Source: an uncultured Sphingopyxis sp. (GTDB lineage Bacteria > Pseudomonadota > Alphaproteobacteria > Sphingomonadales > Sphingomonadaceae). Taken from it: a DNA stretch of 64,000 bases. The position numbers and the translations under genes were made by a program. The notes under the pieces are model-generated. The model was not told the DNA's origin. It made no database searches and saw only the letters and a list, made by a program, of their open reading frames with translations. The DNA lies in contig NZ_LT598653.1 of assembly GCF_900078365.1 (NCBI RefSeq), forward strand, positions 1,837,290 through 1,901,289. Reading direction: 5' to 3'. Positions 45,427 through 55,141 of the stretch are shown here, in pieces (the first letter of the stretch is position 1; the number at the start of each line of letters is the position of its first letter).

Positions 45427-46359
45427 TCAGCGGGTCAATATCCATCCATCGCCTTGCCGCGCGGCCTTCGTCCCCGACAATGCGGCGAGGTCGGCGATCG
45501 TGCGGTCGCGATTCTTGTCGATGATCAGCGCGCCGCGGAACGACAGGTCGGTCGCCTCTGGCGCGATGCGCACCTGCATCCCGGCGGTGCGCTTCAGATC
45601 CTCGGCAACCACGGCGAGCGGGGTGCCGTTATAGACGAGCAAACCGCTGCGCCAGCCGCCGACGTTCGCGACGTCAACATCCCGCACCACCGGCGGCGTG
45701 CTGTCGCCGTCGCGCGCTTCGATGCCCTTGCCGGCGACCAGCCGAACATTGTCGCGGTCGGGGTTGTAGAGGACGATGCCTTCGGACACGGCAACGCTGG
45801 TCTGGCGGTCGCGGCGCACGACGTTGAACGCCGTGCCGAGATCGACGATCTTGGCGCCGCCCGTCTCGACCACAAAGGGATCGTTATCGCGGTGGACGAC
45901 ATGGAACATCGCCTCGCCCGCTTCCAGCCGGGCAAAGCGCGGACGATCCGCGTCGATCTCGACCACCGAAGCGCCGTTGATCTCGATCTTCGACCCGTCG
46001 GCGAGGGTGACGGTGCGATGTTCGCCCGCAAGGGTCTCGATCCGGTCGCCGCCACCGAGCAGGCCAAGCCCCGAGATGCTGACCACCCCCACGATCGCAG
46101 CCGCCATGGCACCGCCGAACCAGGCGCGCCGCGAAGGTCGGCGCGGGGCGTCGGGGATCATCACCACCGACGGCGCGGGCGAAGGCGGCAGCGCATCGAG
46201 GTCGCGATCGAGGCTCGCGACCGCGTCGTAAATCGCGGCGTGCGTGTCGTCTTCGGTGAGCCAATCGGCAAAGCCGTCCCAGTCGGAGAAGCCGGGATCG
46301 CGCTGGCGGACCAGCCAGTCGATCGCGCGCGCTTCGGCGTCCGCCCGTTCAACCTGCAT
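45427..46359 (-). CDS. FecR-family anti-sigma/transmembrane sensor
   Basis: AIDWLVR...FADWL, TM helix, TVTLADGSKIEIN, GEAMFHV, DLGTAFNV, WRSGLL. Confidence 0.9.
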   Translation of the reverse strand: MQVERADAEARAIDWLVRQRDPGFSDWDGFADWLTEDDTHAAIYDAVASLDRDLDALPPSPAPSVVMIPDAPRRPSRRAWFGGAMAAAIVGVVSISGLGLLGGGDRIETLAGEHRTVTLADGSKIEINGASVVEIDADRPRFARLEAGEAMFHVVHRDNDPFVVETGGAKIVDLGTAFNVVRRDRQTSVAVSEGIVLYNPDRDNVRLVAGKGIEARDGDSTPPVVRDVDVANVGGWRSGLLVYNGTPLAVVAEDLKRTAGMQVRIAPEATDLSFRGALIIDKNRDRTIADLAALSGTKAARQGDGWILTR

Positions 46360-46870
46360 CGAACTGCCTCCGGATTTCGGCGAGCTTCGCATAAACCTTG
46401 CGCAGATCGGCTTCGACGGTGCTCAGGCTGACCCCCATTTCACTGGCAATATCGCGTTGATGGATGCCGTCGACGCGGAAACGTCTGAAAATCCGGGCCG
46501 GGCGCTCCCCCGTCGCCGCAATCGCGCTTTCGACGAGCGCGAGCTGTTCGCGCGAAATCAGCGCGCTTTCGCTCGACGGACTTTGCGTCGCCGATGCTTC
46601 GCCCCATGCCTTGTCGCGGAGCTCGCGCTGGCGCGCCGAGCGGTAGCGGTCGAGCATGAGATTGTTCGCGGCGCGCATGACATAGGGCAGGGGGTCGGCA
46701 ATCGGCCCCATGGGCCGGTCGGTCAAGCGCATCCACAGGTCCTGAAACAGATCCTCGGCGCCGTCGCCCGCGCCGCGTACCTCGAGGAAGCGCACGATAC
46801 GGTCGCGGTTGGCGAGCAACACGCCTTCAATGCCCTGGGCGGCGTCGGATCGATCACGCGTATGGGTCAT
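46349..46870 (-). CDS. ECF sigma factor (FecI-like)
   Basis: AEDLFQDLWMRL, YVMRAANNLMLDRYR, FRVDGIHQRDIASEMGVSLSTVEADLRK; start 46870 or 46894. Confidence 0.88.
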   Translation of the reverse strand: MTHTRDRSDAAQGIEGVLLANRDRIVRFLEVRGAGDGAEDLFQDLWMRLTDRPMGPIADPLPYVMRAANNLMLDRYRSARQRELRDKAWGEASATQSPSSESALISREQLALVESAIAATGERPARIFRRFRVDGIHQRDIASEMGVSLSTVEADLRKVYAKLAEIRRQFDAG

Positions 46871-47044
46871 GGATTGCTTGCTTTGGAACGCCATCTTCCG
46901 TCGGTCAGCGCCGCTTCGCCCTGCGCCATACGTCCCCCTGATGACGCCGTCATATAGCGTCCAGGCTCCACCGCGCAACCGCGGTGCCGGGAAAGCGGGG
47001 ATGGACAGTGCAAGCATCGTCTTCTTCATTCGTTCATGCCCTAG

Positions 47045-47085
47045 GCAAGGGGGAAGCATGGGTAGGGGTAGTGCTTCCCCCTTGC
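47045..47085. terminator. Strong hairpin after the autotransporter gene
   Basis: 14-bp perfect stem GCAAGGGGGAAGCA/TGCTTCCCCCTTGC with a 13-nt loop; no U tract. Confidence 0.5.
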
Positions 47086-47107
47086 GGGCGGGGTCGGCCC
47101 CGGGGGG

Positions 47108-50100
47108 CTAGAGACCGACCCGCAAGCTCGCACGGAAAGCCCAGCCGACATGGCTTTGCTGTTCTTCCGCGGACACTTCGCCGGCGACCTGAAAGGCCGA
47201 ATTGCCGGCGATGCCGCGGAAACGGCCGACCCAGCCGCTCGTGCGATCATCCGGAACCAGGGTGAATGGCGTGCCGTCCTTGAACGACGCCGTCGTCGCG
47301 CCCAGCGCGCCGCTGACGATCTCGCGGCGGCCGCCTTCGAGTTCGAAGCGCGTCCAGCCGTCATATTCGTCGGCGCCGCCGAACTCGAGGCCGAGCGTCA
47401 TCGTGCCCGACACCGCGAGTTCGTCGCTGTCGCGGCTCAGGACGGTGAGGTCGAGCGCGTCGCCACCGCCGGTTTCCTGATAGCCGTCCTCTTTCAGCTT
47501 GAAATAGTCGACGGCGACCATCGGGCGGAGCGTGAGGCCGCCGACGCGCGTGTCATAGGCGAGCGAGCCCGAAGCCGACCAGAGCGTCGCGTCCCACTTG
47601 CCCTTCATCGTCTTTTCGATGTCCTCGGCGCCGCTTTCGGCGCGGAAGATGCGCGTGCCCTTCAGGCTGATCGGCGCGCCCGAGACGCGGGCGTTCGCCA
47701 TGAAGCCGTCGGAGCGCAGGCGCCAGTGCAGCGCGCCTTCGAACTGGCTCGTGCTCACTTCATTGGCGTTGCTGCCGTTGCCGTCCTTGCCACTGAGATA
47801 GCCGATCGAGCCACCGAAATTGCCGATGTCGCTTTCGATCTCGGCGCCGAGCGAAATGCCCCAGCCGCTGACGTCATAGCTCGCGGTGTTGCCGACGCTC
47901 TTCGACGTGCCCCAGACGGCCTGGTTGACCCAATAGCCCCATTTGCCCTCGTCCTGGAACGGCGCGTTGGGATCCTGGAGATAGCGCGACAGGGCGCGCG
48001 AGCCCGAGGTGACGGTTTCGAACACGCCGCCTTCATGCTCGGGGAGCATCTGGCCGAGCTGACCCCGGAACTGGTCGCCGTCGGTGATGCCGAGGAAGAC
48101 GTCCTCGATCTTCTCGTCGGCGACGACTGCGTCGAGCACCGCGTCGAACGCGCCGCTTTCCGAACGGTTGAGCCCGAGCTCGGTCGTGCTCTTGCGCGAC
48201 ACATCGACGATCAGCTGCGTGGCGTTCGAGGTCAGCGTGCCCTTGTAGAGGAAGGGCAGCAGCGTCTGCGACGCGGTCAGCTTGTCGGCGCCGGTCAGCG
48301 TGCCGGCGGTCAGCACGACATGCTTACCCTCGGCCTGCTCGATGCTCGAAAGCTTGAGCGCGAGTTTCGATTCCTCGGCGAAGCTGGCATTGCCGGTGAC
48401 CTGGAGTGCCGTGCCCGTCGCGCCGTTGTCGAGCATCACCGTGAGCGTGCCCTTTTCGGTGACCGCGAGCGAGGAGATCGTCGCCGCGCCGCCAACGTCA
48501 AAGGTGCCGCCGGCCACCGAAACCGCGAGACCCTGCGAATTGGCGAGCGTGCCCGCGAAGGTCGAAGTGCCGCCGATCGTCAGCGTGTCGGCGCCGCCGC
48601 CGAAATCGGCGAGCCCGGTGAACTTCGAGGTTCCGGCCAGCGTCATCGTGTCGCTGCCGGCGCCGAAGCGCGCGTTGCCCTCATAGGTCGCATCGCCCGA
48701 CAGCGCGAGCTTGTTGTCGCCGGCGCCGAAGAAGCTGTTGCCCTTGACCGAACCGTCGGCGATGTCGAACACGTCGTTGCCGCCGCCGAAGCGGACGTCG
48801 CCGGCGATGCTGGGCGCCGTGATGCCCGAGGCGACCGCGGTCTGCTTCACCGTCGCGCCATTGCCGTTCGCCGACAGGTCGATCGCGATATTGCGGTCGG
48901 ACGAGGCGAGCGCGCCGGACGCGCTGATCGCGCCGCTGTTCTCGACCGTATCGACGTTGCCCGACAGGTCGACGATGGCGCGCGCGGTGCCGCCGTCGCC
49001 GCCGGTCTTGGCGGCGATCGTGCCGCTGTTGCGGATCAGCGGAACATCGCCGCCGGCTTCGATCAGTACCGCCGTCGCGACTGCATCCGCGGCCTTGCCG
49101 CCGCTCGTCGCCTCGATCTTGCCCGCGTTGCGGATTTCGGGGGTCGTCGCGCCGCTGCCGATGCGGATAGCGGTCGCGGCCTTGTCTTTCGATTTCGCGG
49201 CGACGCTGCCGGTGCCGCCGATGCCGATGCCGCCGGCGATGGTCACCGCGCCGCCGAGACCGCCGATCTGGATCCCATTACCGTCCTTGCCGGCATAGAG
49301 GCCGTCGCCGAGTACCGCGCCGTCGATGATGAAACCAAGGCCCGTGCCCGTTCCGGCAACCGCGCCGATCGCGACGTCGCGGTCGGCCGAACCGACGCGG
49401 ATCGCCGCGGCCGAGCCGTAGGAACGCACGACGGCATTGCCTTCCTTGGCGTCTTCGATCCCGTCCTTGTCCTCGTCCTTGTCGTCGGGTTTCGCGTCCT
49501 TGGGCGCGACGGCGAGGACGATGCCGCCGGTCACATCACCCTCGACCGAAAGCGCGTTGCCGCCGATCAACAGGTCGTCGGCGTCGAGCTTCGACGGGTC
49601 CGAGGGCGGCGTGGTGGCGCGATAGCCGGTAGCGGTGAGATCGCCCTGGACGACAAGAGCACCGGTGACGTCGCCGGCGAGGCGCGCGCCGATCGCATCG
49701 ACGCCCACGGCGGTGATCTTGCCCGCGAGGCGGACATCGCCCGTCACATCCTGCAGGCCGACGCCGAGCGCGCGATCGCCGAGAACGCTGATCGTCCCGT
49801 CGTTGGTGAACTTGCCGGTCAGCGGACCGCCGAGGCGGATGCCCGCCGAGTCATTGCCCTCGATCGCGATCGCCCCGGAGTTGACGATATTGCCGGTAAA
49901 GGCGCCCGCCGTCGCGATGCCGACGCGATCGCTGCCGATCGCGAACGCACCGTCGATGTCGCCGTCCTTGTCGATATCGGTCGCGGTATAGGTTTCGCCG
50001 ATCGTGATCTTGCCGGTCGCGCCGTTCGTGATGCCGCCAGAGGTGCCGGCGCCCGCGAGGATGCCCGTCGCGCCGTCGACATTGGCGAATTCGATCGTGC

Positions 50101-50323
50101 CTTCGTTGACGACCTTGTGATTGCTGTCGATCGTGACCGCGGGCCCGGTGACGGTCGGCTTGATCGACCCCGCCGAGGTGATCTTGATATCGTCGGGCGC
50201 GCCCGACTTGATCGTCGAAGTACGCACCGGCGCCGTCGTCGCGGTGGTGATCGTCGTTTCGGCATGGGCGGCGGTCGAAAATAGGGCGGCCAGACAGGTG
50301 GAGGCCAGCAAGGTCTTGCGCAT
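47108..50323 (-). CDS. Large autotransporter (type Va) with Gly/Thr-rich beta-helical passenger
   Basis: Signal peptide MRKTLLASTCLAALFSTAAHA, repetitive I(T/S)NxGxI motifs, C-terminal barrel ending SLRVGL. Confidence 0.85.
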   Translation of the reverse strand: MRKTLLASTCLAALFSTAAHAETTITTATTAPVRTSTIKSGAPDDIKITSAGSIKPTVTGPAVTIDSNHKVVNEGTIEFANVDGATGILAGAGTSGGITNGATGKITIGETYTATDIDKDGDIDGAFAIGSDRVGIATAGAFTGNIVNSGAIAIEGNDSAGIRLGGPLTGKFTNDGTISVLGDRALGVGLQDVTGDVRLAGKITAVGVDAIGARLAGDVTGALVVQGDLTATGYRATTPPSDPSKLDADDLLIGGNALSVEGDVTGGIVLAVAPKDAKPDDKDEDKDGIEDAKEGNAVVRSYGSAAAIRVGSADRDVAIGAVAGTGTGLGFIIDGAVLGDGLYAGKDGNGIQIGGLGGAVTIAGGIGIGGTGSVAAKSKDKAATAIRIGSGATTPEIRNAGKIEATSGGKAADAVATAVLIEAGGDVPLIRNSGTIAAKTGGDGGTARAIVDLSGNVDTVENSGAISASGALASSDRNIAIDLSANGNGATVKQTAVASGITAPSIAGDVRFGGGNDVFDIADGSVKGNSFFGAGDNKLALSGDATYEGNARFGAGSDTMTLAGTSKFTGLADFGGGADTLTIGGTSTFAGTLANSQGLAVSVAGGTFDVGGAATISSLAVTEKGTLTVMLDNGATGTALQVTGNASFAEESKLALKLSSIEQAEGKHVVLTAGTLTGADKLTASQTLLPFLYKGTLTSNATQLIVDVSRKSTTELGLNRSESGAFDAVLDAVVADEKIEDVFLGITDGDQFRGQLGQMLPEHEGGVFETVTSGSRALSRYLQDPNAPFQDEGKWGYWVNQAVWGTSKSVGNTASYDVSGWGISLGAEIESDIGNFGGSIGYLSGKDGNGSNANEVSTSQFEGALHWRLRSDGFMANARVSGAPISLKGTRIFRAESGAEDIEKTMKGKWDATLWSASGSLAYDTRVGGLTLRPMVAVDYFKLKEDGYQETGGGDALDLTVLSRDSDELAVSGTMTLGLEFGGADEYDGWTRFELEGGRREIVSGALGATTASFKDGTPFTLVPDDRTSGWVGRFRGIAGNSAFQVAGEVSAEEQQSHVGWAFRASLRVGL

Positions 50324-50434
50324 CGGGTTCCTCTTGAGATCGGAGCCGGGACGTCTTCCCGGCGACAATCACAAGACGGAGCGGTGTCGGCGCGGCCTTG
50401 GAAAAAAATGTGCTCGGACCGGAAGCTGCTCTGC

Positions 50435-50459
50435 CGTCATCCCGGCGAAGGCCGGGATC
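50435..50459. repeat. Single CGTC-type REP
   Basis: CGTCATCCCGGCGAAGGCCGGGATC. Confidence 0.85.
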
Positions 50460-50463
50460 CCGC

Positions 50464-51315
50464 CTACCCGCGCGCGGTGACGATCCACGCGGCGCCGTCG
50501 ATCCGGATCGAGGTGTCGCCGGGCCGCTTCGCGAAGGCGGCGCGCACGGCGGTGGCGGCGCGGGCGCGGACATCCTCCGGCTGATCGGCCAGCGCACGCG
50601 ACAGCGGCCCGACCTGAAACGCCATGTCGAGCGCATCGTCGATCGCCTCCTCGCGCGTCGCGCCGCGGCCATAGGCGATGGCGGTGTCGAATGGCGCGAT
50701 GTCGATGGCGGTGAATCCCGCCGCCGCGAGGATGCGCGCCAGCCGTTCCCTGTCGCCGAAGGCAAAGGGGCCGGGCGCGTCCGGATCGGCGGCGGGCACC
50801 TCGACGATGTCGCGGATCGCCGACATCGGCAGCCGCACCCAGTCATTCTCCGCCGCGCCGCGCCAGCAGACGAAGGCAAGCCGTCCGCCGGGCCTCAGCG
50901 CCCCGCGCATATGCGCGAACGCCGCCACCGGATCGTCGAAGAACATCACGCCGAAGCGCGAAAAGAGGAGGTCGAAGCGCCCCGCGGTCAGCCGCGCGGT
51001 CGCGGCGTCGGCCAGGCGGAACTCGACCGGCGCCCCGGCGGGCGTCGCCGCGCGCGCGATCGCGATGAGTTGTTCGGATATGTCGACGCCGAGGACATGG
51101 CCGCCGGGTTCGACGCATCGGGCGAGCGCGAAGGTCGATGTGCCCGAGCCGCAGCCGATGTCGAGAATATGCTCGCCCGGCTTCGCATTGGCCGCCGCGA
51201 TGGCGGCGTCGCTGAAATCCTGAAGCATCAGGTCGAGCCGCGTCAGATTGGCGGCCCAGCGATCGCCGCTGTCGCCGTTCCAGTCGTGGGTGGGGGCGGG
51301 CAAGGCGTCGGGCAT
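50464..51315 (-). CDS. Class I SAM-dependent methyltransferase
   Basis: ILDIGCGSG, VDISEQLI, LADAA, SRFGVMFFDDP, LRPGGRLAF. Confidence 0.88.
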   Translation of the reverse strand: MPDALPAPTHDWNGDSGDRWAANLTRLDLMLQDFSDAAIAAANAKPGEHILDIGCGSGTSTFALARCVEPGGHVLGVDISEQLIAIARAATPAGAPVEFRLADAATARLTAGRFDLLFSRFGVMFFDDPVAAFAHMRGALRPGGRLAFVCWRGAAENDWVRLPMSAIRDIVEVPAADPDAPGPFAFGDRERLARILAAAGFTAIDIAPFDTAIAYGRGATREEAIDDALDMAFQVGPLSRALADQPEDVRARAATAVRAAFAKRPGDTSIRIDGAAWIVTARG

Positions 51316-51461
51316 GGCGGAGCCTCCTTATTGAGAATAATTCTCATCTAGGCGATTTGCACGGTGAAGGCAAGCACGCGCATAGCTATGCCCTGTTGCA
51401 TCGCCCCCGGCCATCGGACATGCCGAGGTCGAACGGTCACGCAGGCCGACAAGGGAGAGCC

Positions 51462-52436
51462 ATGAGCGAACAGATCGTCACGGTCGACATCGGCGGCACG
51501 CACGCGCGCTTCGCGATCGCCGAGGTGGAGGGCGGGCGCGTCCTCTCGCTCGGCGAAGCGACGACGCTCCATACCAGGGACCATGCGAGCTTTCAGACCG
51601 CGTGGCAGGATTTCGAGCGGCAGCAGGGCGGCACGCTCCCCCGTGCGGTCGCGATCGCCATCGCCGGGCCGACGCGCGGCGACATCATCCGCTTCACCAA
51701 CAATCCATGGATCATTCGCCCGGCGCTGGTGAACGAGAAGCTGGGCGTCGACCGCAACATATTGGTCAATGACTTCGAGGCGGTGGGCCATGCGGTCGCG
51801 CAGGCCGACGAAAGCTATTTCGAGCGGCTGGCCGGCCCCGATCAGCCGTTGCCCGCGACCGGGACGATCACGATCATCGGCCCCGGCACCGGGCTCGGCG
51901 TCGCGCATGTCTGGCGCGACGGCGGCCAGTATCGCGTGCAGGCGACCGAGGGCGGGCATATCGATTTCGCGCCGCTCGACAGCATCGAGGATGCGATCCT
52001 CGCGCGGCTGCGCAAGCGCCACCGCCGCGTGTCGGTCGAGCGGATCGTGTCGGGCCCGGCGATCGTCGATATTTACGAAACGCTCGCCGCGCTCGAAGGG
52101 CGGGCGGTGACGCCGCTCGACGACAAGGCGATCTGGAGCCGGGCGATGGACCGCGAGGACAGCCTCGCCGCCGCGGCGGTCGACCGCTTCTGCCTCTCGC
52201 TCGGCAGCGTCGCGGGCGACCTCGCGCTGGCGCAGGGAGCGAGCGGCGTCGTCGTCGCGGGCGGGCTCGGCCTGCGCATCCGCGACAGCCTCGTGCGCTC
52301 GGGCTTCCCCGAACGCTTCATCGAAAAAGGCCGCTTCGAAGGCTTCATGGCAGCGCTGCCGGTCAAGCTGATCACCCACCCGCAGCCCGGCCTGTTCGGC
52401 GCGGCGGCGGCGTTTGCGCGCCAATTCGCGAGGTAG
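51462..52436 (+). CDS. glk: Glucokinase
   Basis: DIGGTHARFA, LVNDFEA, GPGTGLG, TEGGHIDF, VSVERIVSG, GGLG. Confidence 0.93.
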   Translation: MSEQIVTVDIGGTHARFAIAEVEGGRVLSLGEATTLHTRDHASFQTAWQDFERQQGGTLPRAVAIAIAGPTRGDIIRFTNNPWIIRPALVNEKLGVDRNILVNDFEAVGHAVAQADESYFERLAGPDQPLPATGTITIIGPGTGLGVAHVWRDGGQYRVQATEGGHIDFAPLDSIEDAILARLRKRHRRVSVERIVSGPAIVDIYETLAALEGRAVTPLDDKAIWSRAMDREDSLAAAAVDRFCLSLGSVAGDLALAQGASGVVVAGGLGLRIRDSLVRSGFPERFIEKGRFEGFMAALPVKLITHPQPGLFGAAAAFARQFAR

Positions 52437-52466
52437 CTTATGCTATCCGGTTTCGACCGGAACCAG

Positions 52467-52559
52467 CCGTCGCCCCCGCGAAGGCGGGGGCCGCTGTCGG
52501 TTTACGTGGGCACCGCTGATTAAGGCCGCTGGCGGCCCCCGCCTTCGCGGGGGCGACGG
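52467..52559. repeat. CGTC-type REP doublet, second sequence variant
   Basis: CCGTCGCCCCCGCGAAGGCGGGGGCCGC...GCGGCCCCCGCCTTCGCGGGGGCGACGG. Confidence 0.8.
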
Positions 52560-52652
52560 TTATAAGCAACGTCCGCTCCCCACCCCAAAACCGACACAGC
52601 CTGGGCATATATTTCGCTGGCGCTCACCCCCGAAACACGGCAGCGTAACGCC

Positions 52653-53393
52653 ATGTCGCAACGTCCCGTCCTCGGCATTATCGCCTGCAACCGCACCATC
52701 GGGACCGAGGTCGCGCAGGCGGTGGTCAACCGCTACGCGACCGCGGCGATGCGCCATGCCGATTGTGCGGCGCTCATCATCCCGTCGCTTCCCGACCATA
52801 TGCGCGCCGCCGAGGTCGTCGGGCGGCTCGACGGGGTGTTGCTCACCGGCACGCCGTCGAATGTCGAACCCGCGCTCTATGGCGATGTCTCCGAAGGCGA
52901 GGGGCCGTTCGACCCCGATCGCGACCGCATGATGACCGAGCTTGTCGAAGCGGTGATCGCGGCGCAGCGGCCGCTGTTCGGCATCTGCCGGGGCTTTCAG
53001 GAAATCAACGTCGCGCTCGGCGGCACATTGCGGCGCGACACGTCGGCGAGCGACGAACTGCTCCACCATCATGCGCCCGATGGCGTCGGCTTCGACGGCA
53101 TGTTCGATCACCATCACAAGGTCGATCTGGTCGAAGGCGGCTTGCTCGCCTCCGCCTATGACGCGCGCTCGCTCGACGTGAATTCGGTCCATTATCAGGG
53201 CATCGGCGCGCTCGCCGATGGTCTGTCTGTCGAGGCGCGCGCCCCCGACGGGCTGGTCGAAGCCTATAGCACGCGGCCGAACGGCGCCCCGCTGCTCGCG
53301 GTGCAATGGCATCCCGAATGGGCGGTCGACGGCAATGAGCAGAGCCAGACCTATTTTCACCTTCTCGGCCGCGCGCTACGGGGGGAGTTATGA
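52653..53393 (+). CDS. puuD: Gamma-glutamyl-gamma-aminobutyrate hydrolase (peptidase C26)
   Basis: GVLLTGTPSNVEP, GICRGFQE (Cys nucleophile), VNSVHYQG, VQWHPE. Confidence 0.88.
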   Translation: MSQRPVLGIIACNRTIGTEVAQAVVNRYATAAMRHADCAALIIPSLPDHMRAAEVVGRLDGVLLTGTPSNVEPALYGDVSEGEGPFDPDRDRMMTELVEAVIAAQRPLFGICRGFQEINVALGGTLRRDTSASDELLHHHAPDGVGFDGMFDHHHKVDLVEGGLLASAYDARSLDVNSVHYQGIGALADGLSVEARAPDGLVEAYSTRPNGAPLLAVQWHPEWAVDGNEQSQTYFHLLGRALRGEL

Positions 53394-53456
53394 ACCGCCG
53401 CGTCACCCGCTACGACCGCTACCTCGCGCGGATCAGCTTTTCGCCCTGACATGGGA

Positions 53457-53580
53457 CTCCCCTCCCGCTTGCGGGAGGGGCCGGGGGTGGGGTGAGCCGC
53501 AGGCGAACATCCATCCTCTCGTCCCTCGGACGCGCTTCGCACGTGCCCACCCCTAGCCCCTCCCGCAAGCGGGAGGGGGA
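53457..53580. repeat. ~124-bp element with long palindromic TIRs (CIR-like subfamily)
   Basis: CTCCCCTCCCGCTTGCGGGAGGGG...CCCCTCCCGCAAGCGGGAGGGGGA; GANTC site (GACTC) at the left edge. Confidence 0.75.
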
Positions 53581-53596
53581 CTTCAGGAAGAGAAAC

Positions 53597-54970
53597 ATGC
53601 CCCGCAATCACGACATCGCCGAACTGCGCCGCCTCGACATCGCGCACCATCTTCCCGCGCAGGCCGATTGGGCCGAAATCGAGGCGCTCGGCGGCAGCCG
53701 CATCATCACCCATGCCGAGGGCTGCCATATCACCGACGGCGACGGCCAGCGCATCCTCGACGCGATGGCGGGCCTCTGGTGCGTCAATGTCGGCTATGGC
53801 CGCGAGGAACTGGTCGAGGCGGCGGCGGCGCAGATGCGCGAGCTGCCGTTCTATAACACATTCTTCAAGACCGCGACGCCGCCCACGGTGACGCTCGCGG
53901 CAAAGATCGCGAGCCTGACCGGAAACCGCCTGCCGCACATCTTCTTCAACGCCTCGGGCAGCGAGGCGAACGACACCGTCTTCCGTATGGTGCGCCATTA
54001 TTGGAAGCTGAAGGGCGAGCCGAAGCGCACCATCTTCATCAGCCGCTGGAACGCCTATCACGGTTCGACCGTCGCGGGCGTTTCGCTCGGCGGGATGAAG
54101 GCGATGCACGCGCAGGGCGACCTGCCGATCCCCGGCGTCGAGCATGTCCGCCAGCCCTATGCCTACGGCGAAGGGCAGGGGATGAGCGAGGAAGCCTTCT
54201 GCGACGCCTGCGTGGCCGCGATCGAGGACAAGATCCTCGAGGTCGGCCCCGAAAATTGCGCCGCCTTCATCGGCGAACCCGTGCAAGGCGCCGGCGGCGT
54301 GATCATCCCGCCCAAGGGCTATTGGCCCAAGGTCGAGGCCGTCGCCCGCAAATATGGCCTGCTCGTCGTCGCCGACGAAGTGATTTGCGGCTTCGGACGC
54401 ACGGGCCGCATGTGGGGCCATGAAACCATGGGCTTTACCCCCGACCTGATGCCTATGGCGAAGGGGCTGTCGTCGGGCTATCTGCCGATCTCGGCGACGG
54501 CGGTCGCGGCACCGATCGTCGAGGTGCTCAAGACCGGCGGCGATTTCGTCCATGGCTTCACTTACTCGGGGCACCCCGTCTGCGCCGCGGTCGCGCTCAG
54601 GAATATCGAGATCATCGAACGCGAGGGGCTAGTCGAGCGCACCGGCGGCGTCACCGGCCCGCATCTCGCCAAGGCGCTCGCGACGCTGAACGATCATCCG
54701 CTCGTCGGCGAGACGCGCTCGGTCGGCCTGCTCGGCGCGGTCGAGATCGTCGCCGACAAGGACAGCCGCGCGCGCTTCGGCGGGGCGGAAGGGACGGCGG
54801 GGCCGATCGCGCGCGACGGGTGCATCGCGAACGGGCTGATGGTGCGCGGCATCCGTGACAGCCTCGTGATGTGCCCGCCCTTGATTATCACGACCGAACA
54901 GATCGACGAGATGGTTGCCATCATCCGCAAATCCTTGGATGAGGTGATGCCCAAGCTCCGCGCGCTCTGA
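53597..54970 (+). CDS. Class III aminotransferase (SpuC-like polyamine transaminase)
   Basis: DAMAGLWCVNVGYGR, SGSEANDT, AYHGST, GEPVQGAGG, DEVICGFGRTG, AKGLSSGY, HGFTYSGHP. Confidence 0.88.
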   Translation: MPRNHDIAELRRLDIAHHLPAQADWAEIEALGGSRIITHAEGCHITDGDGQRILDAMAGLWCVNVGYGREELVEAAAAQMRELPFYNTFFKTATPPTVTLAAKIASLTGNRLPHIFFNASGSEANDTVFRMVRHYWKLKGEPKRTIFISRWNAYHGSTVAGVSLGGMKAMHAQGDLPIPGVEHVRQPYAYGEGQGMSEEAFCDACVAAIEDKILEVGPENCAAFIGEPVQGAGGVIIPPKGYWPKVEAVARKYGLLVVADEVICGFGRTGRMWGHETMGFTPDLMPMAKGLSSGYLPISATAVAAPIVEVLKTGGDFVHGFTYSGHPVCAAVALRNIEIIEREGLVERTGGVTGPHLAKALATLNDHPLVGETRSVGLLGAVEIVADKDSRARFGGAEGTAGPIARDGCIANGLMVRGIRDSLVMCPPLIITTEQIDEMVAIIRKSLDEVMPKLRAL

Positions 54971-54980
54971 ACCTTTCATT

Positions 54981-55098
54981 CGTCATCCCGGCGAAGGCCG
55001 GGATCTCACCCTAGCGGCCTGATGCACCGGCGAGATCCCGGCCTTCGCCGGGATGACGGAAGGGGGCAAACGACCTTCGACAAGCTCAGGGCGAACGG
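54981..55098. repeat. CGTC-type REP doublet (54981-55058) plus an adjacent CCTTCGACAAGCTCAGGGCGAACGG repeat unit (55074-55098)
   Basis: Doublet matches the other REP copies; the second unit resembles another common alphaproteobacterial palindromic repeat, seen once here. Confidence 0.8.
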
Positions 55099-55141
55099 AT
55101 AAGGGCAAGGCACAATATTTTAGAGGAAAGACCAAAGCCCT

